From positions 612,932,001 through 612,996,000 of the forward strand of contig NC_067400.1 in NCBI RefSeq assembly GCF_016432865.1: 64,000 nucleotides of DNA, in the 5' to 3' direction. The first letter of the stretch is position 1. Each line of letters begins with the position of its first letter. The DNA is from Antechinus flavipes. Lineage: Eukaryota. The notes under the pieces are model-generated. The model had not been told where the DNA came from. It was given only the letters and a program-made list of their open reading frames with translations, and searched no databases. The translations under genes and the position numbers were made by a program. Below are positions 49,179-62,430 of the stretch, one piece after another.

Positions 49179-52100
49179 AAATCAATGGGCATTTTGCCTT
49201 TAGGCGATCCATCTTTTTTAAGCCCAAGCACAAACATTTCCATTCATTCTTTTTGAATCGCTCTTGTTCATTAGGCCCAGAGACTATCAGAGGCCATCTT
49301 GATCACTGTAATTTTCAGTGCTCCCCACTGTGTCAGCTCTGTGCCAGTGCACGCCACCTGTCCCTTTTCTGGGTTACTAACAAAAGCACCCCAAAAGTCC
49401 AAGGCTCTGCCCAGATCCTTGGAGATCTCCAGGGAGAGCTCCTTCCAGGGCGACTGAAACCATGAGCGATCCTCACGCTCGCAATGCTCCTGCCTGCAGA
49501 AGCCCCTGGATCTCTCAACCTGCTAACCCGGGCAAAGGAGGAGACAGGGATCCCAGGGCGTGGTCTGACTGGAGGAAGCCGTGTCACGTTGGCCCTTTAA
49601 GGTCCCCGCCATAGTAAGTTCTAGAATTTGTTCAGTAACAGTTTGTGAAGTCTACTTTCTTATTGTGGAAAATCAGAGCCGTCTGGGCTCCGGTAGTGCT
49701 GCTCTCCGGGTGTCTGCGATCCCGCCGTGGTCACAGGTAGGGGCCTTGCACTGGGCACGTCTCCAGGTCCTTCAGGGCCCCAGGATGGAGTCCCATCGGC
49801 CATTTCGGTTTTAATCCAAAGGCCGGTACCCAACAGCAGCCTTCTTGCTCTCCTTGTGCAGGCCACAGGGAGCTTCCGTCCCACCCCTTCTTCCAGCTGG
49901 CCCTCCGCGCTGAGCTCCGCGTGTGGGCCGCCTCCGCTCTGCCCTGCTGCTCCCCTCAGCCTCTCCTGAAAAGCCGCGCGGGCCGGGAGTTTCCTGTGAC
50001 ATCGATCTCGGCCTTAACTCCTGGGACAGAGCAACCCACTGCCCACAAGGGCCGCTGACTCACAAACGAAGGAGGATGACGTCTGTCATCAGGACCACGC
50101 TTCAGACTCCCCAGCTTACGGGGACTGCTCCAGGACTGCCCAGAGGAGGGGGACGGGCGGCCTCCGCCATCCACCACTGGGGCTGATCCTGCGACCCTCA
50201 ACCTTTTCCATGAGTCACAATAAGGAATTATTTTACTCACTTGATTATTATTACAAAGGAGAAAGAGTGGGTTGTCCCAGAATCCCTTCTATTTGAACCT
50301 TGTATCAAAAAGCTGGGAACAAGCCGAGAACCCAGATTCACAGGAGCACTTCTGCAGAGTTCTATGAGGCTGGGCCGGCTCAGGAGGTGAGGCTTCGAAT
50401 GCAGCGTTCCTGGCCCCAGACTAGGACTCCTTACCGGGTGGGGCAATGGCAAGGACAGGGACTTGAAGGGCAGACTTCGGCCATCAGGAAGTTTCGCCCC
50501 ACCCCTCCTCCTCCAAATAAAGCTCCCCGAAGGCCCCACAGTGCCTCAGGAAGGTCAGAGGTTATCCCCGGGGGATATACAACTGATGTCCCTAGAGGTA
50601 CAGAGACGTCAGGGGCAGGAAAACTCTGGTCCGAGAGCCAGATCTGGCCCGCTGCTTGTTTATGTGCAGCCTGGAAGCTAAGAATGGTTTAACACTTTAC
50701 TTAAAAGTGCAGAAGCCGCACAAAAACAGGCGGCAGCCCCATTGTGGCCGGAGGGAGGCCGAGGCTTGTTCTCAACGTCCCTGCCCAAAGCCCCTCCCAA
50801 TTCTGGGAGGACGAGCAGAGAAACGCTCACAGAACAGAACACGATCGTTAGACACCCTGGCGGCCAGAGTGACCCCCATCCCCAAGCGGATCCCTCTGGG
50901 ACAAGGGGCCGCGCAGCCTCTGCTTGCAGCCCCTGGAGAAGTCTCCCACACAGCCTCCACACGTCTAAGTCTGCCTTCCCGGAGCTCCTACACCTCTTTC
51001 TGGGATGGAACAAGACTGGCCTTGGCCCTCTTCCACAAAGAGCCCGAGGCCTTCGCTGCCCCTGCCGTTCTCCCCTGGTCTGCTCCACGGCCATCCTAGG
51101 GAGGATTCACGACCCTCAAATGTGGCCGGACCTCCCCCAAACTGGGAGCCTCTAAATGTCGACCCAGAGAAGTGGACAAAGCACAGGAACAAACCCACGC
51201 TCCTGGGAGCCACAGAAGAGGCTGGGGGGGGGGGGCGCGGCTGGGAGACAGCCCACACTGGCCGAGTCTGGCCCAAGATCACCTGGTCAGCCATTCACTG
51301 GGATAAAAATGCCGGCGTCTGGAGCGGTCACGGCTCCTGGCTGACGAGCTTGGACCGGCCCCCTTTCTGTGAGCTCACAGATGAGCCTGAGGAACAGGAA
51401 GCCCCTCCCCACCTGGGGCGCTCCCACGAGGGCCGTTCTTCCCCCCAGGTCGAGCCGAAGCCTGTTTCTTTGTAACTTCCTCTGCTCCCTTCTGCCCTTC
51501 GGGGCCAAGCGGGTCAAGGACAACCTCTTGCCACATATAACGATAAGGCTTCCAACACTTGAACATGTGAAAATGGCCTCCGGGGTCTGCCCTTCTCCAA
51601 GTTCAACTTCCAACCCTCAAGTCACCTCCCGGGGGGAGGAGGGGGCCGGGACCAGATGCCCCTGGGAGCCTCGTTCAGGCCATTACTGAGCTGCCTCTCG
51701 GAGGGGAGGCCACGGGGGCAGAGAGGGCTGAGCGGCCATCCCGAGGAAGCACCTCCTTCGAGGGGAGACAGCGCTTGGGGCTGAGCTGAGCCCGACCGGA
51801 CCTGAGCTTTTTTGCTCTAATATGGGCCCCGGAGCCCGGCGTTCCAGGCTAGTGACCCTTCCCTTAACCCATTAGTGTCGTCAATAACAATGGGCAGGTG
51901 AGGGTGGCAGAGGGAAGCTGCTGGGCAGCCCTCTTCCCCTCCCACAAAGTGCCCGAAAGGTAAACAAGAAGATCCGAGAGCCCGCAGTCCCTGCAGACTG
52001 GACGCCGTCCCTGACTCCGGGGAACCTGGGGGGGGGGGCGCCCCACCCGGCACACCCACGCCTCTTTCCCAACTGGCAGAAGTGGAGCCCTGGGGCCACG

Positions 52101-53664
52101 GGAAGGGGCAGCCGGCCCAGGAACTAAAGCCTCCGGTCCCGATCCCAGGAACAGCGAGATCCGAGGCAAACACAGAGCAGGGCAGGAGGGAGGCGCCGGG
52201 GGGCAGGTGCAGAGGGCGCAGGGCAAGAATTCCCAGTGGGGGCCCAGCACAAAGGAGACTTTTCTCAGGGCCTCAGCGGGAGGCCAAGGCTCTGATTCCC
52301 ACAACAAGGATGTGAGGAGATCAGATAAACTTCATTCATTCTAGTGAAAGATGAGGAAAAGTAAAAATAAGGTCCCCCCTCCCCCTGCTCCCCACTCAAT
52401 GGGCCCTTCTCCTGCCTCCCTACTTCCCTCCTCCCACAAGGAACAAAGACAATCAACCAGGGCACCTTCCCCCAAAGAATGGCGCCGGCCCTGAGCCCGC
52501 CCCCCCGCAGAGCCCCAAGCCCCCACAAGGCACCTGTGTAGGCCCATGGCCCTGAGGGGCTTCCCTCTGCCCCCTCGCGCCCCCCTCCCTCCGGGCTCAC
52601 CTCCAGCCTTCTGCTCTCCGGCCGGACGAGGCTGAGCCCAGGCGGGAGCTCAGAGAGAGGCTAGCCCAGGTAGGGCGGGCTCCCGGCCCAGAGGAGCAGG
52701 CTCTCCTGTCCTGGCATGGCAGCAGCTGAGGCCCGCTCCGGCTGGCTGCCCCGGCTCCAAGCGGCCCAGCTTCCCTCCTCGGGGCCTGCCCCCTTGGCAG
52801 GGGTTCAACCTCAGCTGCCACAGGGAGGCGGGGGCCGGGGAGGGGCCTGACTCAGAGTCCCTGCTGTTTGGTGCTGCCCACAAGGGCAGCTGAGCCTGGG
52901 GGGGAGGGGGAGCGGAGGGAAGGAGACCCCAGCCCGCCTCCTCGCTGCTGGGAGGGGGAGGGAGTCAGAGATAGCGCAGTGAGCCTGGGCAGAGACAGAG
53001 AGACACAGAGACAGAGAGACTGGGGGGCGGGGCAGGCCTGGGACAGTTAGAAAGGTAGGAGCCGGAGGGCAGGGCAGGAAGGGAGGGCCGCAGGATGGCC
53101 AATGAGGCGGCTCTGATTCAAACAAATTGACCAGTGAGAGACCGGCTGGAGGACAACTGGCTGGGGGAAGGTGGCAAAGAGCGGCCGGCCTGGGAGGGAG
53201 GCCAAGTGGGCCTCCGGGGAGCCCCAGCCGCCCCCCTTCTCCTACCTCTCAGCCAGCCTGCAGGGCGGAGCCCCAGGGAAAAGGCTCCCAACCACCAGGT
53301 GCTTGGAGATCCCAAGATGAAAGGGGAGGCTCCACCCCCGCAGCCTCATTAGGACTCCAGTCTAGTCCGGCCGGCCCAGCCGCAGGTCTCCGGGAGGAGA
53401 GGTGGGGGGGGGTCAAACGAGTGGGGCCACCAGCAGGCCCCTGGAAGCCCTCAGCCTCCCCTCCCCCCACAACCTTGGCCCTCCGGGCTGGGCGGCTGGG
53501 GCTGGGCCAGGGCCCGAGGGAGAGGGGAGGACAGAGTCCTGCACCGGGGAAAGGAACCTCCCCAAATCTCTCCGGCTGCAGGGAAAGCTGGTTTGGGGGC
53601 AGCAGCCCATGGGGCGTCTGCCCGGATCACTGTGCCAGGGCCGGAGTCCGAAACTCCTGATGGG

Positions 53665-53875
53665 CGGCACGGTGGGTAGGGCCTGGCCTGGAAGCAGGAA
53701 GGCTCGAGTTCAAATCTGCTCCCAGACATTCCTGGCTGGGTGACCCTGGGCAGGTGCCTTCTCCTGTTTGCCTCAGTTTCCTTATCTGTCAAATGAGCAG
53801 GAGAGGAAATGGCCAACTGCTCGTACCTCTGCCAGGAAGCCCCAGATGGGGCCCGCAGAGCCAGGCTCAGGAGAA
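53665..53875 (+). mobile_element. MAR1-like CORE-SINE
   Basis: gagttcaaatctgctcccagac...gtgaccctgggcagg...gcctcagtttccttatctgtcaaatg...gaggaaatggccaac (MAR1-type tail). Confidence 0.75.
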
Positions 53876-56800
53876 CCAAAGTAGGAGAGCGGAAACCGGC
53901 AGGTGATCTCTGAGGGCGAGGCACCGGGGGCTGCCGGGGGCAGGAGGAGCCGCTTGTGGACAGCAGGTGGCAGCCAGCTCAGAGCTAAGAGTCAAAGGGC
54001 CTGGGGCCGATGGAGGTGAGGGGCACAAAACGGGAACATCTGGACCCCAGAGGTGCACAGGAGTCTGGGGTCAGAAGACCAGAGGGCCCCAGTTAAGACC
54101 ACAAGTTGTACAGACCAAACGTCCCCAGAGTCAACAGGCGCTTGGGCACCAAGCGGGGAGGGGAGGGGGTGCTCCGCACTTGACCCTGGCAAGAGTGGGA
54201 GAGGGAGCGGAAGACCTGGCCGGGGAAGGGAAGGGAGGACTGTGTGAAGGCAGACACAGTCCCAGGCAGCAGAGAAGGGCCAGGCGTGAGCATGGTCCTG
54301 GGGGCCCCGGAGGAGGCTGGGTCCTCAACAGTGAACGGCAAAGGAAGGGGGAGGGCTGGGGCGGGGGACGTGCCGAACTTGACATGCCGGCGACTTCCAG
54401 TTTCAGAAACCTCAGTAATGGAGGACAGCTGAGGCTTAAATCCAATTCCACCCAAAAGTTAAGTTCATGATGTCAGGGGTACTCCGAGAACTGAGGGCAA
54501 ACAACAGTGCTGCTGGGGAGGGGGCCGGGGCAGAGGCCTGTGGGCACCCACAGCCGGCGAGGGAGACCGAGGAGCGGTCGGGGGGGACAGGGACAGAGGG
54601 AGGGAAGAGGAGAACCAGGGAGAGACAGAGAGGGAGGAGAACCAGGGAGAGAGGCAGGCTGCAGCTGGGCGGCCGGAGCCGGGACTCGGGTAACCCCCGT
54701 GCCCAGCAGTCACTAGCGTACACACCACCCTCCTAGACGTCCCGTTTTGGAGACATGAGAGAACCTGGCCGGCGGCAAATTACTTTCCTGCCTCACTTCC
54801 AGCAGAAAGAAGGGGCGTCAGGTTCCTTAATGCCAGTGACCAAGAGGGGGCAGGAGATAAAGGCTGAGAAGCGGGGAGCACTGGGGGGTTAGGGGCTACC
54901 GGTTCCCTCTGTATCTTAGACTGCAGAGTTCTCCGTCCTTCCCCAAGAGGGGCAGCCAGGCAGCCAGGTGCCCCCTCCCCCCGGCTCCAGAACCGGCCGA
55001 GACCTTTTGGTTGGGCACATAAAGCCCGGCCCAGCCTGGCTCCAGAAGACCTCTGCATGTGGAGCTCTGCCACTTCTGACCTGGTGACTGGGCCAGGAGA
55101 AGAAAGAGGAAAGAAGGGGAGGAGAGAAGAGGGGGGCAGGGGCTGGGGATGCTGCAGAATTCTGGGGGGCGAAGGCCAAGGGTGATGACATAGGAATTCT
55201 TCAATGTCTTACAAAGGACTCCCAACAAGCCTAGGAGGGAGAGAAAACTATTATCCCTGTTTTATGGAGGAGAAGGCTGAGGCTCAGAGACAGAGACACT
55301 GGCCAGACCTCTAGATAGGGGAGAATCCCCAAGAGTCTCCGACACCCCCCCCACCTGGGGCCAAGGGAGAGCAGGGGGACCAAGCCAAGCCTGCTCCTGG
55401 GCAAGGTGGGAGCCTCTCTTCCTGTGAGGAGCGGAGGTGAGCTGGCGGACAAGGGGCCAGAGGGTCCTAAACTGGAGGGTGGGGAGGAGGCCATTCCCGG
55501 TAGGGCTGGCCAGGTCCTCCACTTGGGGCTCTGGGAGCAGCACTGGCACGAGCATCTCTGGCTCCACCCCTGGCTGGCCCCTCGAGGGGGGATGACCCCC
55601 CTCCCCATCCCTCCAGAAGCCCTTGCTCCAGCCTCCCAACAGCCCTGGACCCCACCCCAGAGCCTGAGGATGATGCAAACACCAGCCAAGCCTCCTGAAA
55701 GGCCCACCTCCTGGAGGTGGGAAGCCCCTAAATCAAGGACAAAGTTGCTTTATTCTTGGGTGGGTAATTCCCGTTTGTTGCTAATTAAACTCGAGTTGAT
55801 TAGCTGAGGAAAACCTTTAATTAGCTCTTGACATAATTCAGGGAAATTATAGCCTCTTCTCCTCTCCCCTCTCCCCCATCAGAGTGTGGGGGAGGGAAGG
55901 AAGCCCCCAGTTTTGCTCACTTCCTACTGGCAGGAGACGATCCATCCCCAAGAAGCTCAGGGACTGGGGCCCAAAGATGGAACATCAGGGAGCGGGGAGT
56001 GGAGGCCCCAAGAGAACACCTCAAGGAAGGCTTGGGCAGATTCATGCAGCTGGGTGCCGGGGCCCCTTCCTCCCTGCAGATGCCTCCCCTCCCCCCCCCC
56101 ACCCCCGAGGGCAGGGTCCCATCCTCAAGGGCTCCATAACAGCCTCTGCCAGCTCAGGAGAGAGACCACAATCCTTCCTCACACCCCCAGGCCCCCAACG
56201 TGCCCTTCCCCACAAGCCGGAGCTGCTGACCCATCCCTCGGTTCCCATGGCCTGGGACTGCCCGCCTTCCGGGCCGCAGGGGTCCTGGGCCAGCACGGGG
56301 AGACTCCCTCAGCAGTGAGTGGCCCGGGGCTCCCAGGAGCTGCAGGCCTGGGGCCTGGCTTGGCCCGAGTCCAGAGTCATCGCCTGGCAACCCCGGCAGC
56401 AATCACAGCTGCCTGACAAGAAAGTGCTCCCAGAAGGAGGTGATCTCAGAGGAAAGCCACTGAGATCATCGGCAGGGCAGGGGACCAGCTGGGAGACTTG
56501 CGGGGGGATGGGGGGCCCAAGGAGCACTCAGGCCGACAGGCTCTCAGCTCTCCTCACAACCACCAGCTCGACGTGAGGGGAACGATCTCGTTTTTACAGA
56601 CCAGGGAGCTGAGTTGGCTGCCGTTGCTGGCCTTCCCGGGCTGAGGGCCCCGAGGTGCTGCTTTGGGCCAGAGGAGCCCAGGGGAGAGCAGACCTAGCCC
56701 CTAACCCTCTTCTACAAAGGGGCAGCGTCCTCTCGGGGGCCAGGAGCTTACACCAGCCAGTGTAAGCTGAGAGGGGGGCTACGCAGCAGGCGCCACTCCC

Positions 56801-57295
56801 AGAGGCCTAAGGTGGCTCGGAGGGGCAGAAGGTGCCAGAGTAAGAGGATGGGAACATCTAGCTGGGTTCTGGGGAGTGGGAGGGAGAAAGAAACGTTCTG
56901 CGTAAAGGGGCCCACATCCCCACCCTCACCCTGGGCCGGCGGGCCCCCCCCCCGGAGATCAGGCCCGGCCCCGCCTTGGAGACCTTGGGAGCACGGCCCA
57001 GATTCCTGATTCAGAAACCAGCTGGGGCCGTCAAAGCACAGGGCAGTCAATGAGTCCAGCCGGAGACCGGCCCTGGATGGGAAGTGGGAAGAGGTCCCGT
57101 TTCCCCCGACGCGACATATATGGGACACGGCTTCCTGCCGGCCCGGTCGATAATGACCACACGAGACCGCAGCTGGAGTAATGGGAAGACCAGCTGGCCG
57201 GGGACACCCCTGAGGTCACGGGATGGGAAGCCGCGGTGGAAACGGGAGTGGGAAACACAGGCCGGCGCCAGCCAACGGGTGCAAAGATGGGTGCC

Positions 57296-57475
57296 TGGCC
57301 AGGTGGCTCAGCGGGCAGAGCCCGGGTCGGGCGGCCCTCAGACCCTCACTGGCTGGGTGGTCCGGGCCAAGTCACTTAAGGCCTGTCTGCATTAAACCAG
57401 CCGGGGAAATGGCAAACCACTCGGCAGGCAGCGAGGGGTCCTCGGGGTCCCAAAGACCTGGGGCAGAGGGGCCCC
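57296..57475 (+). mobile_element. MAR1-like SINE, GC-shifted
   Basis: gccaggtggctcagcgggcagagc...ggccaagtcacttaag...ggggaaatggcaaaccactc. Confidence 0.6.
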
Positions 57476-59193
57476 ACGGGGTATCCAGGTTCTGGGGGGG
57501 CCTGGCCTCTGAACTAAAGCTGTGAGCACTGAAGGCGTCTGGTCCAGGGGGCAGAGGGGAGTCCCTCCAAGTGGGTTACCAAGGATAAGTGTCTGGGGGC
57601 CGGGCCTTTCCTTCACCGCTTTCATGTTGCCGTCCAGTGGAAAGTCTCATCTCCAGGTCTAGGTTCAAATGCTACCTCATCGCTCACATTAAGCAAGGTC
57701 CTGGGGTCTCATTTGTGAATGAGGGGAGGGCCCCTAACCAGTGGCCGGGGGTCTTAGGAAGATGTCTGTTCCCCGGGCTTCAAAGGCTCGCGGGACGTCC
57801 GGGTTCTCCACCCGGCCCGTTTGCTCAGGAGAGAGACCCAAAGGCCCGGCCCAGTGTCCGCTGCAGCCCCCGGCCCCGGGTCCATCTAAATCCTCCTGGA
57901 GGCTAGATCCCAACGAGGCGTTAGGCGGGGCTGAGTCAGAGCCAGGAATGAGCTGGAGGGAGCCCAAAGCGCGGCCACCTGCTACAGCTCGGCTCACCTG
58001 CTGCTGCCTTTCCGTGCCATCCCGTGCCCTCCGTAAGAAACCATCAGGTCCCAGCAAGCCTTGCTCCCTGCCCCCTCGTCAAAACATGCAGGGATCCAGC
58101 AGTCCCGCGGCCTCCCAGGGAGCCCTCCCTCCACGCCCACAGGCAACCCCAGAGGAAGCGCGAGGCCTGCCCGGGCCCCAGAAAGGCGGGCGCGCTGCTC
58201 CGGGAGCCCCCTCCCCGCCGTGACTCACCCAAGTCCTCCCGGCCGGGGTCTCACGGAGGGCGGCTGCCCCCTCCCCCACGGCCCGCACCTTCCACAAAGG
58301 CCTTGGGCAGTCCCAGCCCCAGCCCACACCCTGCCCGGGCGCTCCTCCCGCCCTCCCCCGGCCACACCCACCCGCCCCAGCCTTCCCCCAAAGAGCCAAG
58401 TCCTTTCCCGGCAGGGCCGGAGAGCGAGCGCGGAGGGCCCAGCCCCGACGCCAGGCTGCCAGCCGCCCAACAGCCGGTAAGTGCCACCCAAGCCCTGCCC
58501 ACTGCCCTCGGGCCTCCAGCAGCCCAGCCCCAAGCTCCCTCCCTCCCCCCTCCGGATCAAAGGGATCAAATCAAAGCCTAGGGATCACAGGCAGGCGCTG
58601 GAGGCAAATCCCGGCCCTCAAGGGGTTTACACTCCTCCCCCAAAGGCCGCCAGAAATCTGAAGCTGCGGCCGGCTGGACCTGCGAGAACTCCGCTTAGAG
58701 CACAGGCCTCACCCCCAGGAGGGGCCCGGGTCAGAGACTGGGTCTCCCTGGCCTGGAGGCCGCGGACAAACGTGCAGGTCAGGTAAGGCAACTTTCTGGG
58801 GGTAAGGGGTGTGTCCCTGATACCCCTCCCCCTCGCAGGGAGGCGGGATGCCGAGGCCCCTCGCCCGCATCGACTCCAGCAGGTCGAGGGAGTCTGCTCT
58901 CGAACCTGTTTTCCGACCTCTCACCCCTGACCCCGAGAACCTTGGCTGCGCTGTTCCCGGATTCCTACGATCACCGCATCAGCTAGTGGGCCCCCAAATC
59001 CCCTTAAAGGTTCTGGCCCTTGACTGTTCTAAGGCCCGCCCTCTCAAGTTTTTACCTCTGACCTCCATACTGGGGTCCCCTTTCCTCAGTACCTCGGCCC
59101 CGCCCCCTCCACCCAGGTGCCGACCTTTGCCTTCCCCCCACCTCCGGCACGCCCCCGTCTCCGCCGCCCGTCTCTGCTCGCCGGTTCTCCCAC

Positions 59194-59330
59194 CTTGCTC
59201 CCTGGCTAGATCGCCGCCCTTCTCAGTCCTCTCCTCGCCGCCCCTCAGCTCGTCCAGGCCAGAGCGGCCACCACGGCCGCCGCCGCCGCCATGTTGAATC
59301 CCGCACCAACATCCGGGGCTTTTCCCCCTG
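59194..59330 (-). other. PAK4: Probable PAK4 non-coding first exon in CpG island, containing a 15-codon uORF (59292-59245)
   Basis: Minus strand gggattcaacATGGCGGCGGCGGCG (YY1-type motif, strong Kozak) ...AGCTGA, with candidate donor AAG/GTGGGA at 59194/59193. The exon boundaries are inferred. Confidence 0.6.
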
Positions 59331-59340
59331 CCGCCCACCC

Positions 59341-59496
59341 GTGGCCATAGCAACCGCGACTGTTCCGGGCGTGAGGCGTGCCGACCCTGAAGACACGCCC
59401 ACTCAAGGGAACTTCGATTGGCCTCGACCTACCCCTCCACATGAACTGCCCAATAGATAAGCACCAAAGGCAGATACCGACCGGGGATTGGCCAAT
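59341..59496 (-). promoter_or_regulatory. PAK4 CpG-island promoter: RFX X-box and CCAAT boxes
   Basis: GTGGCCATAGCAAC (59341-59354) fits GTNRCC-N2-RGYAAC. ATTGG/CCAAT at 59417-59421, 59450-59454, 59487-59491 and 59492-59496. Confidence 0.65.
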
Positions 59497-59789
59497 TCAG
59501 TGGGTCCTCCTCCGCCTACCTGCGGGCTTCCCAGACACGCTTGGAGCCGCTCCCGACGCCGGCGGCCTTAAAGAAGTAGAAGCCAGTTTTTCCGACCCAC
59601 TCCGGGGGCGAGGACGGGGGCGGGAACGCGAACACTTTAGTTGAGAGGAAGGACGTTCTTTTCCCACCAGCGTCCCCAGCACGCACACTCTGGCCTCGGA
59701 GCGCCCCCTGAAGCTGAGGCGGAGAACTACCCCGAGCGGAAGAAGGCGGGGAGGGGACCGAGCACGTGGCTTTTAAAGGGACCCAGCCC

Positions 59790-60120
59790 CGCCTCCTCTC
59801 CTTACTCCCCGACTCCTGTCTCTTCTTTCCTGCTTCCTCCTTGCTTTCCTCTTCTCCTTCCCTCCTTTTCACTTCTCTTTTCCCTTCTTTCTTTGCCCCT
59901 TTATCTCCCTTCTTTCCTCTCCCCTTTTCTCTCTCTTCCCCTTCTTTTCTTTTTCTTTTCATTCTTTCTTGGGGTTTTTCCTCCTGGGTTGTTCCTTTTC
60001 CTCTCCCTACTCCGTCCCCTTTCCCCCTCCTTCCCCTCTTCTAACCGCTTCCTTCCCTTTACTCCTCTTCCTCTCCTCCCTTTCTCTCGTTCTCTCCCTC
60101 TCTTCCCTTCCCCCTCCAGG
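59790..60120 (+). repeat. Homopyrimidine (CT-rich) tract upstream of the PAK4 promoter
   Basis: About 330 bp almost devoid of purines on the plus strand. Confidence 0.8.
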
Positions 60121-60487
60121 CCGGGGCCGGAGAGTACCTGGAGCCTGGCTAGGAAGGGAGAAGGACCTGGCGGGCCGGGCGGCTCCGGGCGGCTCCGGGC
60201 AGCCCCTTTGGACCGGGGCGGTGGCCTTAGGGAGGCTGCAGGGCGCTTTCGGGGAGCTTGCTGCCTGCCGAGGTCGGGGGTCCAAGTAGATAGAGCCTAA
60301 AGCCAGGTCGGGGTTATGGGGGGCGGGGCCTAAGTTCGAGGGATCTAGAGAAGAACGAACCCTGCGGGCTTATAGCTGGGGAAACTGAGGCAGGGCTGCG
60401 GGGTAGAGATGGGGGGGTCTGTGTGGGGTGGCGCCACCTCGTGGACGTCCTTTCGAACTTCCCAAAGGAACGACGCTTTGCCGGGTC

Positions 60488-60643
60488 ATTTTTTTATTAT
60501 TATTATAGCTTTTTATTTTCAAGATATATGCGTGGGTAATTTTTCAGCACTGACAATCGCAAATCCTTTTGTTCCGACTTTTCCCCTCCTTCCCCCTCAC
60601 CCCCCCATGGCAGGTTGACCAGTACGTGTTAAATATGTTAACG
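60488..60643 (-). mobile_element. Short L1 3'-end insertion (antisense) with candidate 15-bp TSD
   Basis: Reverse complement of the L1 tail at ~62270-62430. Flanks are tttgcc(g/t)ggt(c/a)attt at 60477-60491 and 60644-60658. Confidence 0.7.
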
Positions 60644-60924
60644 TTTGCCTGGTAATTTAAGGTCGGCCTCGGTCCCATTCCCGGCCGGGGTCGGCGCTGC
60701 CCCCTCCTGAGCAGGAGTTAGTCACCCCCTGGTCCGTGCCTTGGGCCCTCGGTCATGTCGCCCCCGGCCCCAGCCGCCCTGCAGCCCTCAGCTGGCCAGT
60801 GACCCTGCAGATAGGGAGCAGTGCAAAGCTCCTGCTGGCTCTGCCTCTGGAAGCCCTGAGTTTGAATCCAACCCCTTGTTCTCCTCCTCCTCCTCCTCCT
60901 CCTCCCTCCTTCCCCCCCCCCCCC

Positions 60925-61060
60925 CCCAAGCACCGACTGGCTTCGTGATCCAGAACAAATCACTTCACCGCTGTCTGCCTCAGTTTCATCAGCTAAAATG
61001 GGAATAATATCAGCCTCTGCCTTCCAGAGTGATTGTGAGGATCAAATGTGGCAATACACA
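60925..61060 (+). mobile_element. MIR-like SINE fragment
   Basis: aacaaatcacttcacc...gcctcagtttcatcagctaaaatgggaataata...gtgaggatcaaatg. Confidence 0.65.
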
Positions 61061-61647
61061 TTATTATTGTAATATATATAAAACAAATATATACATATCA
61101 AAGCACTCTATAACATTCAAACCTTCAAGCTCCTTGTAAGTGATTGCAGACAGAGCAAGTTTGAAACCTTACAAGGCTCTAGGACAAAAGACAAGGATCC
61201 CTGTGCTGTGAGTGATGAACAAATGCAAAAGTCAACAAACATGTTTTCTGTTGGGAGGGATGGTGAGAGAGCTTCCAGGCTGAAGACCCACCGCCCTTCC
61301 GTTTCCAGGAACCAGGCGCATTTTTTGGATCGGGTTTTTCCCAGATGAGAAGGAAAATTTCTGAGCATAAAGAATGTGATGAGCTGTATGTTAAATACCT
61401 TTTCTCCCACCTGATCACCCTCTTGGGTAACCCTGGACAATTCACTTAACTCTAGTTGCCGCAGGGAAAAAATGGCATTTTTGGGATCCTATTGATTATA
61501 ATCTAAAGCATTTCAGCTTATGGCATCTATTATTGACATCTTAAACCTAATATCAAAATATTGACTATTATTAAATCTTGAGCCCAATATTGAAATAAAA
61601 AGAACTTTGGTCCAAACCTTCAAACCGCTCAATAACAAAGCGCCAAA

Positions 61648-62430
61648 AACTATGCTCAAAAAGTTATCAAACTGTGCATACCCTTTGACCCAGCAGTGTT
61701 ACTACTGGGCTTCTATCCCAAAGAGATCATAAAGAAGGGAAAGGGACCTGCATGTGCAAGAATGTTTGTGGCAGCCCTGTTTATAGTGGCCAGAAACTGG
61801 AAACTGAGTCGATGCCCATCAGTGGGGGATGGCTGCGTAAATTGTGGTAAATGAATGTTATGGAATATTATTGTTCAGTAAGAAATGACCAGCAGGATGA
61901 TTACAGAGAGGCCTGGAGAGACTTACATGAACTGATGCTAAGTGAAATGAGCAGGACCAGGAGATCATTATACACTTCAACAATAATACTATAGGATGAC
62001 CAATTCTGATGGACGTGGCCCTCTTCAGCAATGAGATGAATCAAATCAGTTCTAATGGAGCAGTAATGAACTGAACCAGCTACACCCAGTGAAAGAACTC
62101 TGGGAGATGACTAAGAACCACTACATAGAATTCCCGATCCCTCTATTTTTGTCCGCCTGCATTTTTGATTTCCTTCACCGGCTAATAGTACACTATTTCA
62201 AAGTCTGACTCTTTTTATACAGCAAAATAACTGTTTGGACGTGTATACTTATATTGTATTTAACTTATACTTTAACATATTTAACATGTATTGGTCAACC
62301 TGCCATCTGGGGAAGGGGATGAGGGGAAGGAAGGAAAAATTGGAACAAAAGGTTTGGCCATTGTCAGTGTTGTAAAATTACCCATGTATATAACTTGTAA
62401 ATAAAAAGCTATAATAATAATTTTAAAAAA
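61648..62430 (+). mobile_element. 5'-truncated LINE-1 with 11-bp TSD
   Basis: ataccctttgacccagcagtg...gaaatgagcaggaccaggag...aataaaaagc tail. TSD aaag(c/t)gccaaa at 61637-61647 and 62431-62441. Confidence 0.85.
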
